A stretch of 64,000 nt of DNA. Source: the human T2T-CHM13v2.0 reference genome, Homo sapiens. Every line of letters begins with the position of its first letter. Position 1 is the first letter of the stretch. The stretch lies in the NCBI RefSeq assembly GCF_009914755.1, contig NC_060936.1; one strand, written 5' to 3'. Made by a program: the position numbers and the translations under genes. This document shows positions 42,758 to 55,999 of the stretch, piece after piece. Under the pieces are notes generated by a model, which ran no database searches, was not told where the DNA came from, and saw nothing but the letters and a program-made list of their open reading frames with translations.

Positions 42758-42804
42758 CAGAGCATCTAGAGCCAACGGAAAGCCATCTTTGGATGCACCA
42801 TTTT

Positions 42805-42902
42805 CAGACACTCCTTGACTTATGATGGGGGTTACACCCCGGGAAACACAATGTGAAGCCAAAGCATCACAAGTTAATCCATCACAAGTGCAGGACCATC
42901 TG
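42805..42902. mobile_element. Miniature Tigger4/MER46-like element
   Basis: Imperfect terminal inverted repeats cagacactccttgacttatgatgg ... ccatcacaagtgcaggaccatctg, followed by TA. Confidence 0.65.
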
Positions 42903-43181
42903 TATTTTCAATTGATTTTCATCTGGGCCTTTGGAATCCAGTGGTGAAAACCAACTGAGCTTTAAGCAGCAGGAACACACCCACCCCCAAGCAGGTGTCC
43001 CACGAATAACGGGCTAAACGCTGCTGCCATTGTTTTTCAGGGACTGAGCTAAGGGGAAGCCAGCCGCGGTCACAAACACAGATGCATGATGAACAAAAGT
43101 CACGAAGCAGAGAAGTTCCTGCAGCTTAACTTCCACTTAGTGTTCCTGGGTGGAAAACTCACCCAAAAGAACAGGCAACTG

Positions 43182-43490
43182 TTCTAGGTGCAGTGGCTCA
43201 CGCCTGCAATCCCAGCACTTTAGGAGACCAAGGTGGGCAGATTGCTTGAGCCCAGGAATTTGAGACCAGCCTGGGCAACAATGGCAAAACCCCATCTCTA
43301 CAAAAAATACGAAATAAATTAGCTGGGCATGGTGGTGCACGCCTATAGTCCCAGCTACTTGAGAGGCTGAGGCAGGAGGATGACCTGAGCCGAGGGAGGG
43401 TGAGGCTACCATGAGCCGTGATCAGGTCACTGCACTCCAGCCTGGGCAGCAGAGTGAGACTCTCTCTCAAAACAAATTCTTTTAAAGAAA
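43182..43490 (+). mobile_element. AluJ-like SINE
   Basis: ttgcttgagcccagg, gaggatgacctgagcc and gagccgtgatc are J-type words. The tail is decayed. Confidence 0.88.
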
Positions 43491-44206
43491 CAGGTGACCC
43501 CATTATGGTTCCCCCGTCAGAATCTCTGGGTGATCTCAGGGAAGAATCCTTGCTAGGCGACCACAAGGAATGGGGAGCAGACCTGGATGTTCATAAAACC
43601 CAGGCTCTTTTCTGAGAGAAGACAAGACCTAGGGCTTCTCAGAGCTGCTCTTCCTTGGACAGTTCTTGTTCCTGAAAAAGGGTCCTGCAGAGACTGCACA
43701 GCTCTGAGCACCTCTGAGAAGCTGGCAGCAGTCAGGGGCAGTTTGGAGCAGTGCATGACTCGGACCCAAAAGCCACATCGAGTGAGATCTCAAGAAAATG
43801 CCTCTCCGTGTGATAGAGACAGGATGGCTCCTATTGCATTAGAACCCTGGACCCTCTTTTTCAAGAGTCTGGCAGCTTAGAGAAAAGAGTGCTGGGTGGA
43901 CAACCAGGAAACTGGAGTTCCTGTCCTCATCCCCACTGGACCCACTCTAACCCCTTTCCAGGCCTCAGTTTCCCCAGCTGCAGTATTTGTGCTGGGTGAG
44001 CTCTAAGGTTCTGCACCTGACGGTCAGCCCCAGGAGGTGGCTGGTTACAATGACACAGAGGAGGAGACAGAGTGAAGAGTTCGCTGGGGAGTGGTCTTTG
44101 AGAAGAGACCTGAACAAGGAGGGGGGAACACGCAGAAATCCAGGGGAAGAACAGTCCAGACAGGAAGCAGCGAGCGCAGAGGCCCCTGCGCTCATTCAGG
44201 AATGGA

Positions 44207-44429
44207 AGAAGCCCCAGTGAGGCTGCAGGTGGTGACCTGGGGAGCTGGTGGGGAGGGGGGCAGCTCATGGGCAGAAGCCCCTGTGAGGCTGCAGGTGGTG
44301 ACCTGGGGAGCTGGGCGGGGTGGGGGGGGCAGCTCATGGGCAGAAGCCCCTGTGAGGCTGCAGGTGGTGACCTGGGGAGCTGGGCGGGGGGGTGGAGCTC
44401 GGGCGGGGGGGTGGAGCTCATGGGCAGAG
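44207..44429. repeat. ~66-69-bp G-rich tandem repeat x3 within a minus-strand L2 relic
   Basis: agaagccccWgtgaggctgcaggtggtgacctggggagctgg...agctcatgggc at 44207, 44273 and 44342. Confidence 0.92.
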
Positions 44430-44774
44430 GCCTCCTTGGCCTTGATGGGAATTTTATTCCAAGCACTGAGAGAGAACAGAAGTGTCCCACTGTGGGAGGG
44501 ACACCATCTGTCTCCATCTGGGGACGGTTTGTGCAGGGGATGATGAGATGGGGAGTCGGAAAGCGGAAGGAGGGAGACGGATTACTTCATCCCAGTGGGA
44601 GGAGCAGGGTGACTTGGGAACCCTTTATGCCCTTCTCCATTTACTTATTCATTCATTCATTGCCCATCCCTCCCCTCTAGAACGCATTATCCAGGAAAGC
44701 AAGAAAACCTGCTTGTTTTGTTCATTTCTGTGTCCTCAGTACCTACCACGTGCTTGAAAGATGACCAAAACTCA

Positions 44775-46112
44775 GTGAATGTTTGTTGATTGAGTGAATG
44801 AAGAAATGCATGCGCAGGTGAGTGAGTGAGTGAATAAATGATGCATGGGTGAGTAAATAAATGAATGTACGTGTGGGTGAGTGAGTGAGTGAATGGGCAC
44901 ATGAGTGGGTGAGTGAATGGGCACATTGGTGAATGAGTGAATGGGCACATGGGTGGGTGAGTGAGTGAGTGACTGAATGGGTGCATGAGTGAGTGAGTGA
45001 ATGGGTGCATGGGTGAGTGAGTGAATGGGTGCGCGGGTGCATGGGTGAGTGAGTGAGTGAGTGAATGGGTGCATGAGTGAGTGAGTGAATGGGTGCATGG
45101 GTGAGTGAGTGAATGGGTGCATGGGTGCATGGGTGGGTGCATGAGTGGGTGAGTGAGTGAGTGAATGGGTGCATGGGTGGGTGAGTGAGTGAGTGAATGG
45201 GTGCATGAGTGAGTGAGTGAATGGGTTCATGGGTGAGTGAGTGAAAGGGTGCACGGGTGCATGGGTGAGTGAGTGAATGGGTGGGTGCATGAGTGGGTGA
45301 GTGAGTGAGTGAGTGAGTGAATGGGTGCATGGGTGGGTGAGTGAGTGAATGGGTGCATGAGTGGGTGAGTAAGTGAGTGAATGGGTACATGGATGGGTGA
45401 GTGAGTGACTGAATGGGTGCATGGGTGGGTGAATGAGTGAGTGAATGGGTGCATGGGTGGGTGAGTGAGTGAATGGGTGCATGAGTGGGTGAGTGAGTGA
45501 GTGAATGGGTACATGGGTGGGTGAGTGAGTGACTGAGTGGGTGCATGGGTGGGTGAGGGAGTGAGTGAATGGGTGCATGGGTGAGTGAGTGAGTGAATGG
45601 GTGCATGGGTGAGTGAGTGAGTGAATGGGTGTATGGGTGAGTGAGTGAGTGAATGGGTGCATGAGTGGGTGAGTGAGTGAGTGAATGGGTACATGGGTGG
45701 GTGAGTGAGTGACTGAGTGGGTGCATGGGTGGGTGAGGGAGTGAGTGAATGGGTGCATGGGTGAGTGAGTGAGTGAATGGGTGCATGGGTGAGTGAGTGA
45801 GTGAATGGGTGTATGGGTGAGTGAGTGAGTGAATGGGTGCATGGGTGAGTGAGTGAGTGAATGGGTGCATGCGTGAGTGAGTGAATGAGTGAGTGAGTGA
45901 ATGGGTGCACGGGTTAGTCAGTGAGTGAGTGAATGGGTGCACGGGTGTGTGAGTGAGGGAGGGAATGCCTGCATGGGTGAGTGAATGAATGCATGCATGC
46001 ACAGATGAATGAGTGAGTGAATTCACATGCGGGAGAATGACTGAATCAACGAATAAATGCATGCATGGGAGAGTGAGGGAATGAATGGGCGCACAGGTAA
46101 GTGAGTGAGTGC
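44775..46112. repeat. 1.3-kb (GAGT)n-GAATGGGTGCATGGGT satellite-like repeat
   Basis: Tetramer-phased repeat starting at an L2 3' end (~44710-44800). Contains a perfect 180-bp internal duplication. Confidence 0.96.
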
Positions 46113-47030
46113 TGAGTGGTGGTGACCAGCAGAACAGACCTGCCCGCCAACTCCTGCCTGGGTCTTCCGCCCCCTTCATCCAAGACCTGCCTGTGTCTAG
46201 GCAGAAGCCGTGCACCCCTCTGACCAGTGGAGCCCCTGCCCCGCGTCACACTGCTGTGTCTCAGGCACCTTCGTTCTCTGGGAATCTGTGCCCCTACTTT
46301 ATCTCATTGGTCCTGGCATCTCCACATGGTAAGACAGGCACCCTGTCCAAGAGGAATAGTGGGCTGGCGCCGCCTCCCTGGCAGGAGGAGAATGAGTCTG
46401 GTGAAGGCTGGGCAGATGTGCTGGGGCTGGGAGGGGCATGAGGATGGCTTCTCAGGGTCTGGGCCCAGGAACTACGGTTTCTGCACAAAGTCAGCAGCAC
46501 AGGAGACGGGACAGAGACACGAGTGGACCCAGCATGGTCACCATCTGAGAAGAGTCCACGTGGCAGGCATCGGACCCCACCTCTAAAGACAGCCTCTTGG
46601 CCTTCCTCAGACAAGCACCCACGGTCTCAGGCCAGGGATTGGGGGTGAGGTCTACCTCAAGTTTTGCTTCACAGGGGGCATGGGCCCTCGACCCAGCCAG
46701 TCCGACACTCACCAGTTCAACACTCATCACTCATCAGAGTGCCAGCCGAGCAGTGCCAGCCAGACCAGGTGGAGCTCAGAGGCTCTGCTCCCCTGGAGAT
46801 GCTTGAGGGGAGACACTCTCTGCCTACCCACTCTGCAATTTTTAACTCCTATTTACATAAACGCTTTTGAATGCAAATTTTTAATATAATTAATCCAAAT
46901 ATTTTTAAGTATGGAGTAATGTGAGAGATGCTGTATTTATCCCCTTGGGCTTTTAAAATAAATCTTTTCAAGCTCTGCAGCTGCAGCCTGCTGTGTCCTC
47001 TGTGTCCTGACTAGCCCAAGTGTCCTGTGA

Positions 47031-47129
47031 CTGTTAAGAGTGTCCAGGAAGCGTCTGCCATGTGGATGCTGTTAAGAGTGTCCAGGAAGCATCTGCCACG
47101 TGGATGCTGCGTCTGCCATATGGATGCTG
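47031..47129. repeat. 38-bp tandem duplication plus partial third copy
   Basis: ctgttaagagtgtccaggaagcRtctgccaYgtggatg at 47031 and 47069. Confidence 0.9.
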
Positions 47130-47576
47130 GGACTGTGCTTCAGAATGAGCCCGACAGAGAGGAAGACGCACAGCTTTCCAGAACCATAAAAACACCTCAT
47201 GGTGAGGGCACCAGGGGATCAGAGGGCACACGCGTGCATCTCCCACCCTCACAGTCCTGGGAGATGTGTGAATGATGCATTCTCTGTCAGCCCATGCTCA
47301 CCTCTGGGGTCCAGAAAATAGACTCGATATTCATGGAATTTCACACTCCATCTTCATGGGTCTGAAGGCATCATCGGAGCTTGAGGTTTCTGAAGAAGAT
47401 CTTCTGTTATTCTAGGTACAAAGCAGGATTAGGCCTGAGTTGCTGCAACCTACCACTCCTCCAAGAAAGGACTCTGGCTTGCCCTTCCTGAGACCCGAAA
47501 TGGAGGTGGATATTCCCCCGGCCCCAGGTTCGGTCCTCCTCCGTTTCCTTTCATGATTTCCCCTCTTCTCTTCGGC

Positions 47577-47691
47577 AATTCAGGCTCAGCCCTGGCCCTA
47601 ATTCAGGCTCGGCCCTGGCCCTAATTCAGGCTCAGCCCTGGCCCTAATTCAGGCCCTGCCTTAGTCCTAATTCAGGCCCTGCCCTGGCCCT
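47577..47691. repeat. 23-bp minisatellite x5
   Basis: aattcaggctcagccctggccct units. Confidence 0.93.
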
Positions 47692-48699
47692 TTGTCTTTT
47701 CCAGGCATATTATCCGTGGCTTCAAACATCATCCACCAGCCCTTCTGTTCAGATCTGCAATCTGAAGGCCCCTTCACCCAGGGACCTGGCCGCAGCCTGC
47801 TCTGGAATGAGGAAAGGAGCAGTGGCCAGGTCCTTCCCCACCTCCCCCCGCCCATCCACGGGGCCTGTTTTGGCCACTGACACCCAACAATGCACCCAGC
47901 AGGCCCACCAGAGACCACGTCTCACGATGCCACTGCAGAGGGCAGAGAGGGCTTCCATGTCTTCCCTCTCTCCAGGTCTGCCCGGTGACCACCTTTGCCA
48001 AAATGTAACTGGACACCAGCTGGCAAGAAGTCGAGTGGCAGAGAAGGAGTGGTGAAAGGCTGAACACTACCGGCCGTGTTCGGGGAGACGCTGGGTGGGA
48101 AGGTCTCACGTCCATGAGGAACTGGGCCTGTGAGAGGGAACGCCAAGAAACACTGGATGCTGAAATCCATGGGTGCGGGAGATGAGGATCCAGGATGCGG
48201 CGTGCGGGTGGATCGGAGACAGGATGGGCACCAGGCAGGGCAGAGGCCACACTGGCAGGCTCGCAGTCTCCAGCAAACCTCACAGTCACACGAGGGAACC
48301 CCACGGCCCTCTGCTTGGCGTAAAGTAGGGTCCATGTCTCAGCTGCAGGAGCCCCTGAAATTTGAGCTGCAGAGAGTGGCAGGCAGCGGGCTGTGGAAGA
48401 TGGCGTGGAATCTACCTGCCCTCTTTGCAACTGGCTGGCTGTAAGTGTGGCTCTGAAGAGGGGCCCTCTAGGACCCCCACATTTCAGGTCTTTGAGAGAA
48501 AAAGAGGGTTAAGGTCCAAGCCGTACACATGGAGAGGGAGGAAGGGAGAAGAAGGAAGAGAGAGGGACAGCTGACAGCTGGAGGGAGGGAGGCAGCAACC
48601 GACAAATGTGGGTGAAGAACGCATGGCGGGACGGCGTGGCTGAGAAGCAGAGGAGAACCATGCCCCGCAGTTCTCCACGGGTTCAAACAACCGGATGTT

Positions 48700-49670
<971 letters not shown>

Positions 49671-51142
49671 GTGCCTATGAACGCGGGCCACTCGGGAGGG
49701 GCAGGGAGGTGCTTTGGGGAGTAGGATGGCTCGTGAGAGGGGATGGTCCCTTGCAAAGCACCCAGGGGTCCAGCTGTGGCGAGGACACCCACAAAGTAAA
49801 GGCAGCCTATGTCACCCGGATGTCATAGAAAGGTCCCCACTGCCACCGCTAATGCAAACCTGTGTATACATAGATATCTATGTCCTTGCACACACGCATA
49901 TTTTAGCAGAAATGGACGTTTATCTGCACATCGTTCCTTTTTTATTTCCTAATCTGGCAACCCTAGGTCTCCCTCCCATTTCTCCCAAGTTGACCCAGAC
50001 CTGGGTCGTCTCCAGCCCCCATGACTTCTGGAAATCAAACCTTATGATCCCTGCCAGCACCTTACCCTAACACAGTGAACCCAGGCGGTGTGGGTGGGAG
50101 AGTGTGCCACCTCTCCCTGCAGCAGGGAGGGGGTGATGTCAGAACAGGCGTGCCCCTTTCTCAAGGCTCTGCTTCAGCTGCTGCTGGGCACCTTGTGAGC
50201 CTCCTCTGGGGACCACGACATTCCAAGTTCATCAATGCATCCAGCTCAACCCTGTGTATCCTCTGTGTGTCGGGGTAGTGGAGAGGGCTGGAGGCCCCTC
50301 AAGGAGCTGTGCAGTGAGTAGCCAGGAGTGTGCAGGTGACTTTGAGAGAAGTGATTTTTGCTGGTAGTCACAGGGGCTGCAAACCCTCACGTTGATATCC
50401 GGCCCTCTGCCCCCCAGTGCTTTAGGAAGGTGGCGCTGCCCTCTACCCTTCAGGCTCTGAGCTGGGGGTGGTGTGGGGCAGAACAAGCGCAGACTCAGTG
50501 GTCCCTGGAGAGCTGGGACAAGGACAGGAGGGCACTGATGGGGAAGCATCACTGCCGGGCAGCTGGGAATCCCTGGAAGAGCCATTCCTCATCCCCACTG
50601 CCTGGCCCCCTTGAAGTCCCCTAAGCATCTCACTCCACATCACTGCCTCAGATGTAGCTTCTGAGTCTACATTGAAGCTGGGATGCTGTGGGCTGAGCAC
50701 AGGCACCCAGTAGAGCAGGGTGAGTGGACGGGAGGAACCACCAGGCCATGCAGCTCCTTCCCCCACCTGCATGCTGGCCGTGCGCCCAGCATGGGCTCGC
50801 TCAGCGGGAGGACACGGCAACAACCACAACAGCCAAGAGGCGGGAGAGGCCAGCGGGCACTGACGGTGAGTGGATATTGGAAATGTGGAATGTCAACACA
50901 ACAGAGCATTATTCAGCCTAAAAGCAAGGAAGCCCTGCCATTTAAGACAGCGTGGATGAACGTGGAGGATGCTGTGCTGGGTGAAATGAGCCAGCCACGG
51001 AAGGACAATGTCACACAATGCCCTTATATGAGGCATGTGAAATAGGCTCGTGGAAGCAGAGAGGAGCATGGGGGTGCCAGGGGCTGGGGGAGTGGGAGGG
51101 AGAGCTGTGAGTTCAAGGGCATCATGTTTCGCTCATACAATA

Positions 51143-51541
51143 TGTATTGGTCCCTTCTTGCGTTGCTTAAAAGAAACACCTGAGACTGGGTAACTTCAAA
51201 GAAAAGGGGTTGAATTGGCTCCTGGTTCTGCAGGCTGTACAGGAAGCACGGCAGCTTCTGCTTCTGGGGAGGCCTCAAGGAGCTTTTACTCATGGCAGAA
51301 GGTGAAGCCGCTGCAGGCACATCACACAGGGAGAACCGGAGCCAGCGGGGGCGGTGGGGAGTGCCACACGCTTTTAAAAGACCCGATCTTTCAATAACTC
51401 ACTCACCATCACAAAGACAGCATCAAGCCATAAGACGTCCACCCCGCTGACCCAAACACCACCACCCCAGGCCCCACTTCCAACACTGGGGTTACAGCTC
51501 AACATGAGGTTTGGGCAGAGACATGGATCCAAACCATCTCA
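51143..51541 (-). mobile_element. MSTA/MSTB solo LTR (MaLR)
   Basis: tgtattggtcc...cctgagactgggtaa...catggcagaaggtgaag...aaaccatctca. TSD caata/caaga. Confidence 0.88.
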
Positions 51542-51695
51542 CAAGACGAATACGCCCCGAGGTCTGCTGCAGGCGTGGAGCCTCGTCTCCAAGTCATGTT
51601 GTGTGCTAAGAGGGTAGATCTTATGTAAAATGTTCTTATCACGCTCAGAAAAAAAACAATAAACACACAGGGTGGGAGGAACTTTTTAGAGGGTT

Positions 51696-51830
51696 TTTAT
51701 GGCATCGGCGGTGGCGGTGATTTTGTGTGTTTATGGCATCGGTGGTGGCGGTGGTTTTGTGTGTTTATGGCATTGGCCGTGGCGGTGGTTTCGTGTGTTT
51801 ATGGCATCAGTGGTGGCAGTGGTTTCGTGA
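51696..51830. repeat. 34-bp tandem repeat x4 inside the L1 3' end
   Basis: tttatggcatcggYggtggcggtgRttttgtgtg at 51696, 51730, 51764 and 51798. Confidence 0.92.
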
Positions 51831-53029
51831 GCGTACACTCATCTCCAGACCCATCCAGTTCCACACATTAAATATGGACAGCTTTTTGTATGTTAATCAT
51901 TCCTCAATTAAAAGGTTTTAAAAAATGTTAAGATGGTGAATTGTATGTTATGTGTATTTTACCACTATTAAAAGTAATTTTAAAAGAAAAAAGTTGGTAT
52001 TATCATTATGTCTATGGTAGTATCTTCTCTTTTACATATATACGTGTGTGCAGGAGTTATAATTTTTATTTCCTCTATAATTATATCTGTTTTCAGGCAT
52101 TCTACAGTGAATCATTGCAATAAGAAAAAACAATGTGGGCAACATCTTTTGAAGATGCCTGGGAACCGCCTCTGTGTCTTTTAAAAGTCTTCTGTTGAAA
52201 TGTTTGTGAAAGTTACACTGATCAGTGTGGGCCACAGCTGCAAGACCTCTTCCTCCATAAAGCGGGTGGAGGAGAAGAGCAAAGCGACCTCGAGGGTCCT
52301 ATGGTCACCTCAAGTGCACAGACTCAGACACCCGTGAAAACTGGAGCTGGCAGCCAGCAGGAGGGAAAGGAGATGGGCTGGGACCTGGAGCTCAGAGAGC
52401 AGCCACTATGACCCCTGAGACCCGAGCTTCCCATCCCAGGCCTGTGTTCAAGAAAACCCTCATCTTCCAGCCGCCAGCACATCCTCCCACCTTCTTGAAA
52501 ACACAGTCAAGCTGTGATGTTGCCTCTGTCCCCTTTGAGGCCCCCTGGGGGAGGGAGGGGTCACATGGGAGCACAAGACCCCAGTGAAGGGTCCCAGCTC
52601 CCACCGCTCCTGACCAGGCTGTCCCTGCCGATGGAGGGATGGGGTCGCTCAGCTGCCTGCAGGCCTCGTGGACAGCAGGCCCAAGGAAGGATGGCAGTCT
52701 CACCAGCTGACCAGACCCTGCAAGGGTCCTGCCGCCCCAGGCTGCCCTGAGAGGTGGACACAGGGACCTTTATGAGGGGGCATGAAGGGTGGTCATGGCT
52801 CTCTCTGGGAGCAGCCATGCCTTCTGAGCAGGGTGATGGGGGTGGAGCCCGCAGTGCTGTTGAAACATAGTTCTCAAGGCCAATTACACTCTCGCACACT
52901 GGCATGCGCTCAGTTACTTCCAGTGCAATTTATGACAGTTCTGAGACCATAGGGCCTGCTCTTTCTATTTATCCCTTGTCCACACGTGCTAGTGGGGAGG
53001 TCCCCGGCACCCCCATACAAGTGTCCTTC

Positions 53030-53470
53030 TGCTCAGAAGCTCCTCATGGTCAGCTTCCTGCCTTTTTCTGAAAACGTCTTTTCACCTCTCTCCTCTCCCG
53101 CCCCGTGGCTTTCTCCAGCTTCGGGGCCTCTGCACACACCCTTCCTGTGACTGGAGACAGCCTCTCTCCCTCCGTTCTTTGCTTGACTTGTTTCTACTCG
53201 CCCTGTAGGTCTCAGCTCACACTTCCAGGTCTGGGATGGGCATCCACCACTTCTCCATCGCATCCTTCATTTGATATGATCTCGAGCGACCTGTCTTCTT
53301 TTCTTCCCAGAACTTATCACAAGTTGTAATGACTTATTTGTTTCTATGATTATTTGTTAAATGTAGGATTTCCTGCCTAGACTATAAAATCCATGCAGAT
53401 GGGAACAAAGAGTCATTTTTACGCTGGTACCCAGCATGATGCTGCTAGACATTTGCTGAATGCATAGATG
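53030..53470 (+). mobile_element. L2 3' part
   Basis: ctagactataaaatccatg...tacccagcatgatgctgctagacatttgctgaatg. Confidence 0.55.
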
Positions 53471-54356
53471 ATTTTTCCAGGGCCTGTAATTTACAGGGAG
53501 AGCAATGGAGGCCCAGAGACAAGATGATTCAGCTCCTCCACTCTGTTCAGGATCATATCCTAAGGACCAACATGTCTGTCTACCTTTACACTGAGCCCCC
53601 ACCCAGCCAACCACCTCCCATGAGAGACAGGCTCTCCCTGCCTGAGCTTGGACCCAGGCCCCTTCTCTGCTGAGCTCAGAACACATGCTTGACTGTGATG
53701 TAACAGGGTGGCAGCCCCCACAGCATTGCATCTGCCCCATACTCAGTGTGGGGAGATAGGACGCATGGACCCCACATTTGCAGGACAGGCCGCAGATGAC
53801 CAGCTATCAGTCAGCTCCCATCCCTTGTGATAGAATTTTGGGCTCAGTCTTTTCCTGGAGTGCTGGGTGGTCACAATGGGTGTCTTTCAGCCTCCCTGGA
53901 AACTAATGTCAATAGCCCCATTTAGCCCTGATGCACCCCTGACCCCTGTGAATGATCCTGAACTCCAGGACACCCCCACGGAGTAAGCCCAGAATAGCAC
54001 GCATGGTTAACGAGTCTGTGAATGAGAGTTTACCTTTGCAGAAAAGAAGTGGCAAATGAACAGCAGAGATAAACAGGTCCATTAGGAAGATACTAAAAGA
54101 AGAAAAAAAAGTCAACCTTACCTTCCCTGCTAAATTTCCCAGAACACCCCTGGGCGTGCGTCCCTGAGGGCGCCCAAATGAGGAGCAGAGGGCTCCTGCC
54201 AGATCCTCCACTGGCGTCAGCAGTGATGACTCAGCTGGGCAGGACTGGAGAGGCTCCCGCTCCAGCGACAGCATGGAATCCAGCAAGTGAAAGGGCAAAT
54301 GTTCCTGGGTTTTGCGAAGCATTTGCTGCTTCCAGCTTCTCTTCTTAAACTACATT

Positions 54357-54880
54357 TGTCAGTGCCCTTTTTGTGGCAAGTGACAAACCCAACTGAAGCT
54401 GGCTTAGGTGAAAAAAAACAAATAAAACTCATGCGCCCTTTTGTGTAACGGGAGCCTCTGTCCAGACCTCAAGGGCAGTCGTTTCCATCCTCTCTCAGGC
54501 TCTCTCCAGCTTTAACTTGCTTTCCTCTGTTGCCTTTACTCACAGAGTTTTCTCTGTGTGATGCTCTCAGCCATCCCAGGCTGACACCCCACCAGCCTCC
54601 CAACTGCAGTGGAGAGAGAGCTCCCTGCTTCTGCCAGTTCCCACAAAGTTCTGGAATTCAGCCTCCTGGCCTGGCAGGGGCCGTGAGACCATCTGTAACC
54701 CATCACTGAGTCCAGGGCCAAGGCTGCTGCTGGCCAGGCCTGGGCTACAGGAGCTGGGGTGGAGGATGGATCAGCCTCCTTCAAATCACAGGTGACGGAG
54801 GCAAGGTGGGGGAAGGGAAAGGTAAGAACTGTCTCAAAGGGATGGAGAACAGACGTTTGGCAGGATCAAACCAAGTGTCC
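54357..54880 (-). mobile_element. MLT1K-like LTR
   Basis: gtggcaagtgacaaacccaactgaagctggcttagg... is the reverse of the LTR 3' end seen near 1790. Confidence 0.55.
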
Positions 54881-55734
54881 ACAAACGAAGTTAATTCCTG
54901 TGCACTGCGGGGTGAGATCCTCAAGTTAGGAGGAAAGAGGACACGGGTCATTCCAGCCGGAATTAACTTTGGGCCTTTCTCCTGCAAGGAGGCCAGTCTT
55001 CTCTCCTTTGTCCCCATATTGGAATCCCCCGGAGCATGTCCACTGGAACAGGGGAGCTGATACATTCAGACCAAAGTGAGAGGAACTGAGTCTGGACTCA
55101 TGGCTGTTTGGTCAGGGTGGGCGACAGACCCTGACAGCAGACCCCACTCCTGCAGGGACTTCAACCAGTATGAGTCGAAAGTTCATTCGGGACATTCCAA
55201 AGTGGGGCACAGGATCACCCCTCCCCCCACGGTCAATCAGGGCCCGGGCTCCTGCGTTGACTCCCTCCACTGTCCTCTGAGCCCCTGGGGTCCTCTCTGT
55301 CTAACTGGCTCATAAGGAAGAGAAAATATGAGAATTGCAGGGCCTTCTTCATGGGCCTGCCTGGAAGTGCTGCCCTCTGGGCAGAGCTTGGTCACCTGAC
55401 CCCACCTGACACAGGGAGGCTGGGAATGGGCTCTAAGTGTACCCAGGAGGGAGGTGGCATGGGCCCTGTGGCACTGCAGGCTCTGTCCCCGTGAGGACCT
55501 CTCTCTGCAGGTACCCACTGTTTACCTGGGGACACAGCACTGGGCAAAGGACAAAGCTGTCCTGGAATAATTCCAAGCATTCCCCAATGAGGCCAGTGAG
55601 TGGGGAAGAGGACGGAGGAGGTGGGGTGTGGGCTGGTGCATGCTGGGGTGTCCCCTTCTGAAGCAGGGCAGGAGAGCCCCAAAAGTGGGGCTCAGCCCAG
55701 GGCAGTGAGCTGAGGGGAGCGGTGGGGCGGCTCT

Positions 55735-55999
55735 GCAATCATATATATCTATACATACCCCCTCTTAATTACATGCAAATTAAGGAATGGATTACACAGA
55801 AATTTCAGGAAAAAGGTGGTAACTTCCAGGTCTTGGGGTTGCTGCCATGGAAAGGTGAGGTAAGTTCACAGTGTTGTCGTGGCAATGGTAAACTGTCATG
55901 GCACTAGTGGCCGTGTCTTATGGAGAGGCGCTGTGGCCTTTTCTCTGTTTCACCCGGTCTTCAATCTCCTCCAGAGTGGAGCCCTCACCTCCTACCTCA
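55735..55999 (-). mobile_element. MER50-like LTR 5' fragment (ERV1)
   Basis: Minus strand begins tgaggtaggaggtgagg...agattgaagacc. Internal aactgtcatggc and ttaattacatgcaaattaagg. Confidence 0.7.

Larger units (their letters stand above)
50860..51930 (+). mobile_element. L1MA-like 3' end interrupted by an MST LTR
   Basis: attattcagcctaaaa...gtggatgaacgtggagga...gtgaaatgagccag...gctaagagggtagatctta...ctcaattaaa. Confidence 0.75.

Noticed and set aside
44743-46215. 490-aa, 356-aa and 227-aa His/Ser/Leu/Thr/Pro ORFs
   Set aside because: They are translations of the stop-free strand of a simple repeat, open in all three frames, which argues against coding.
55390-55401. ERE-like GGTCAccTGACC
   Set aside because: The spacer is 2 nt rather than 3 and it lies in an MLT1-like relic.
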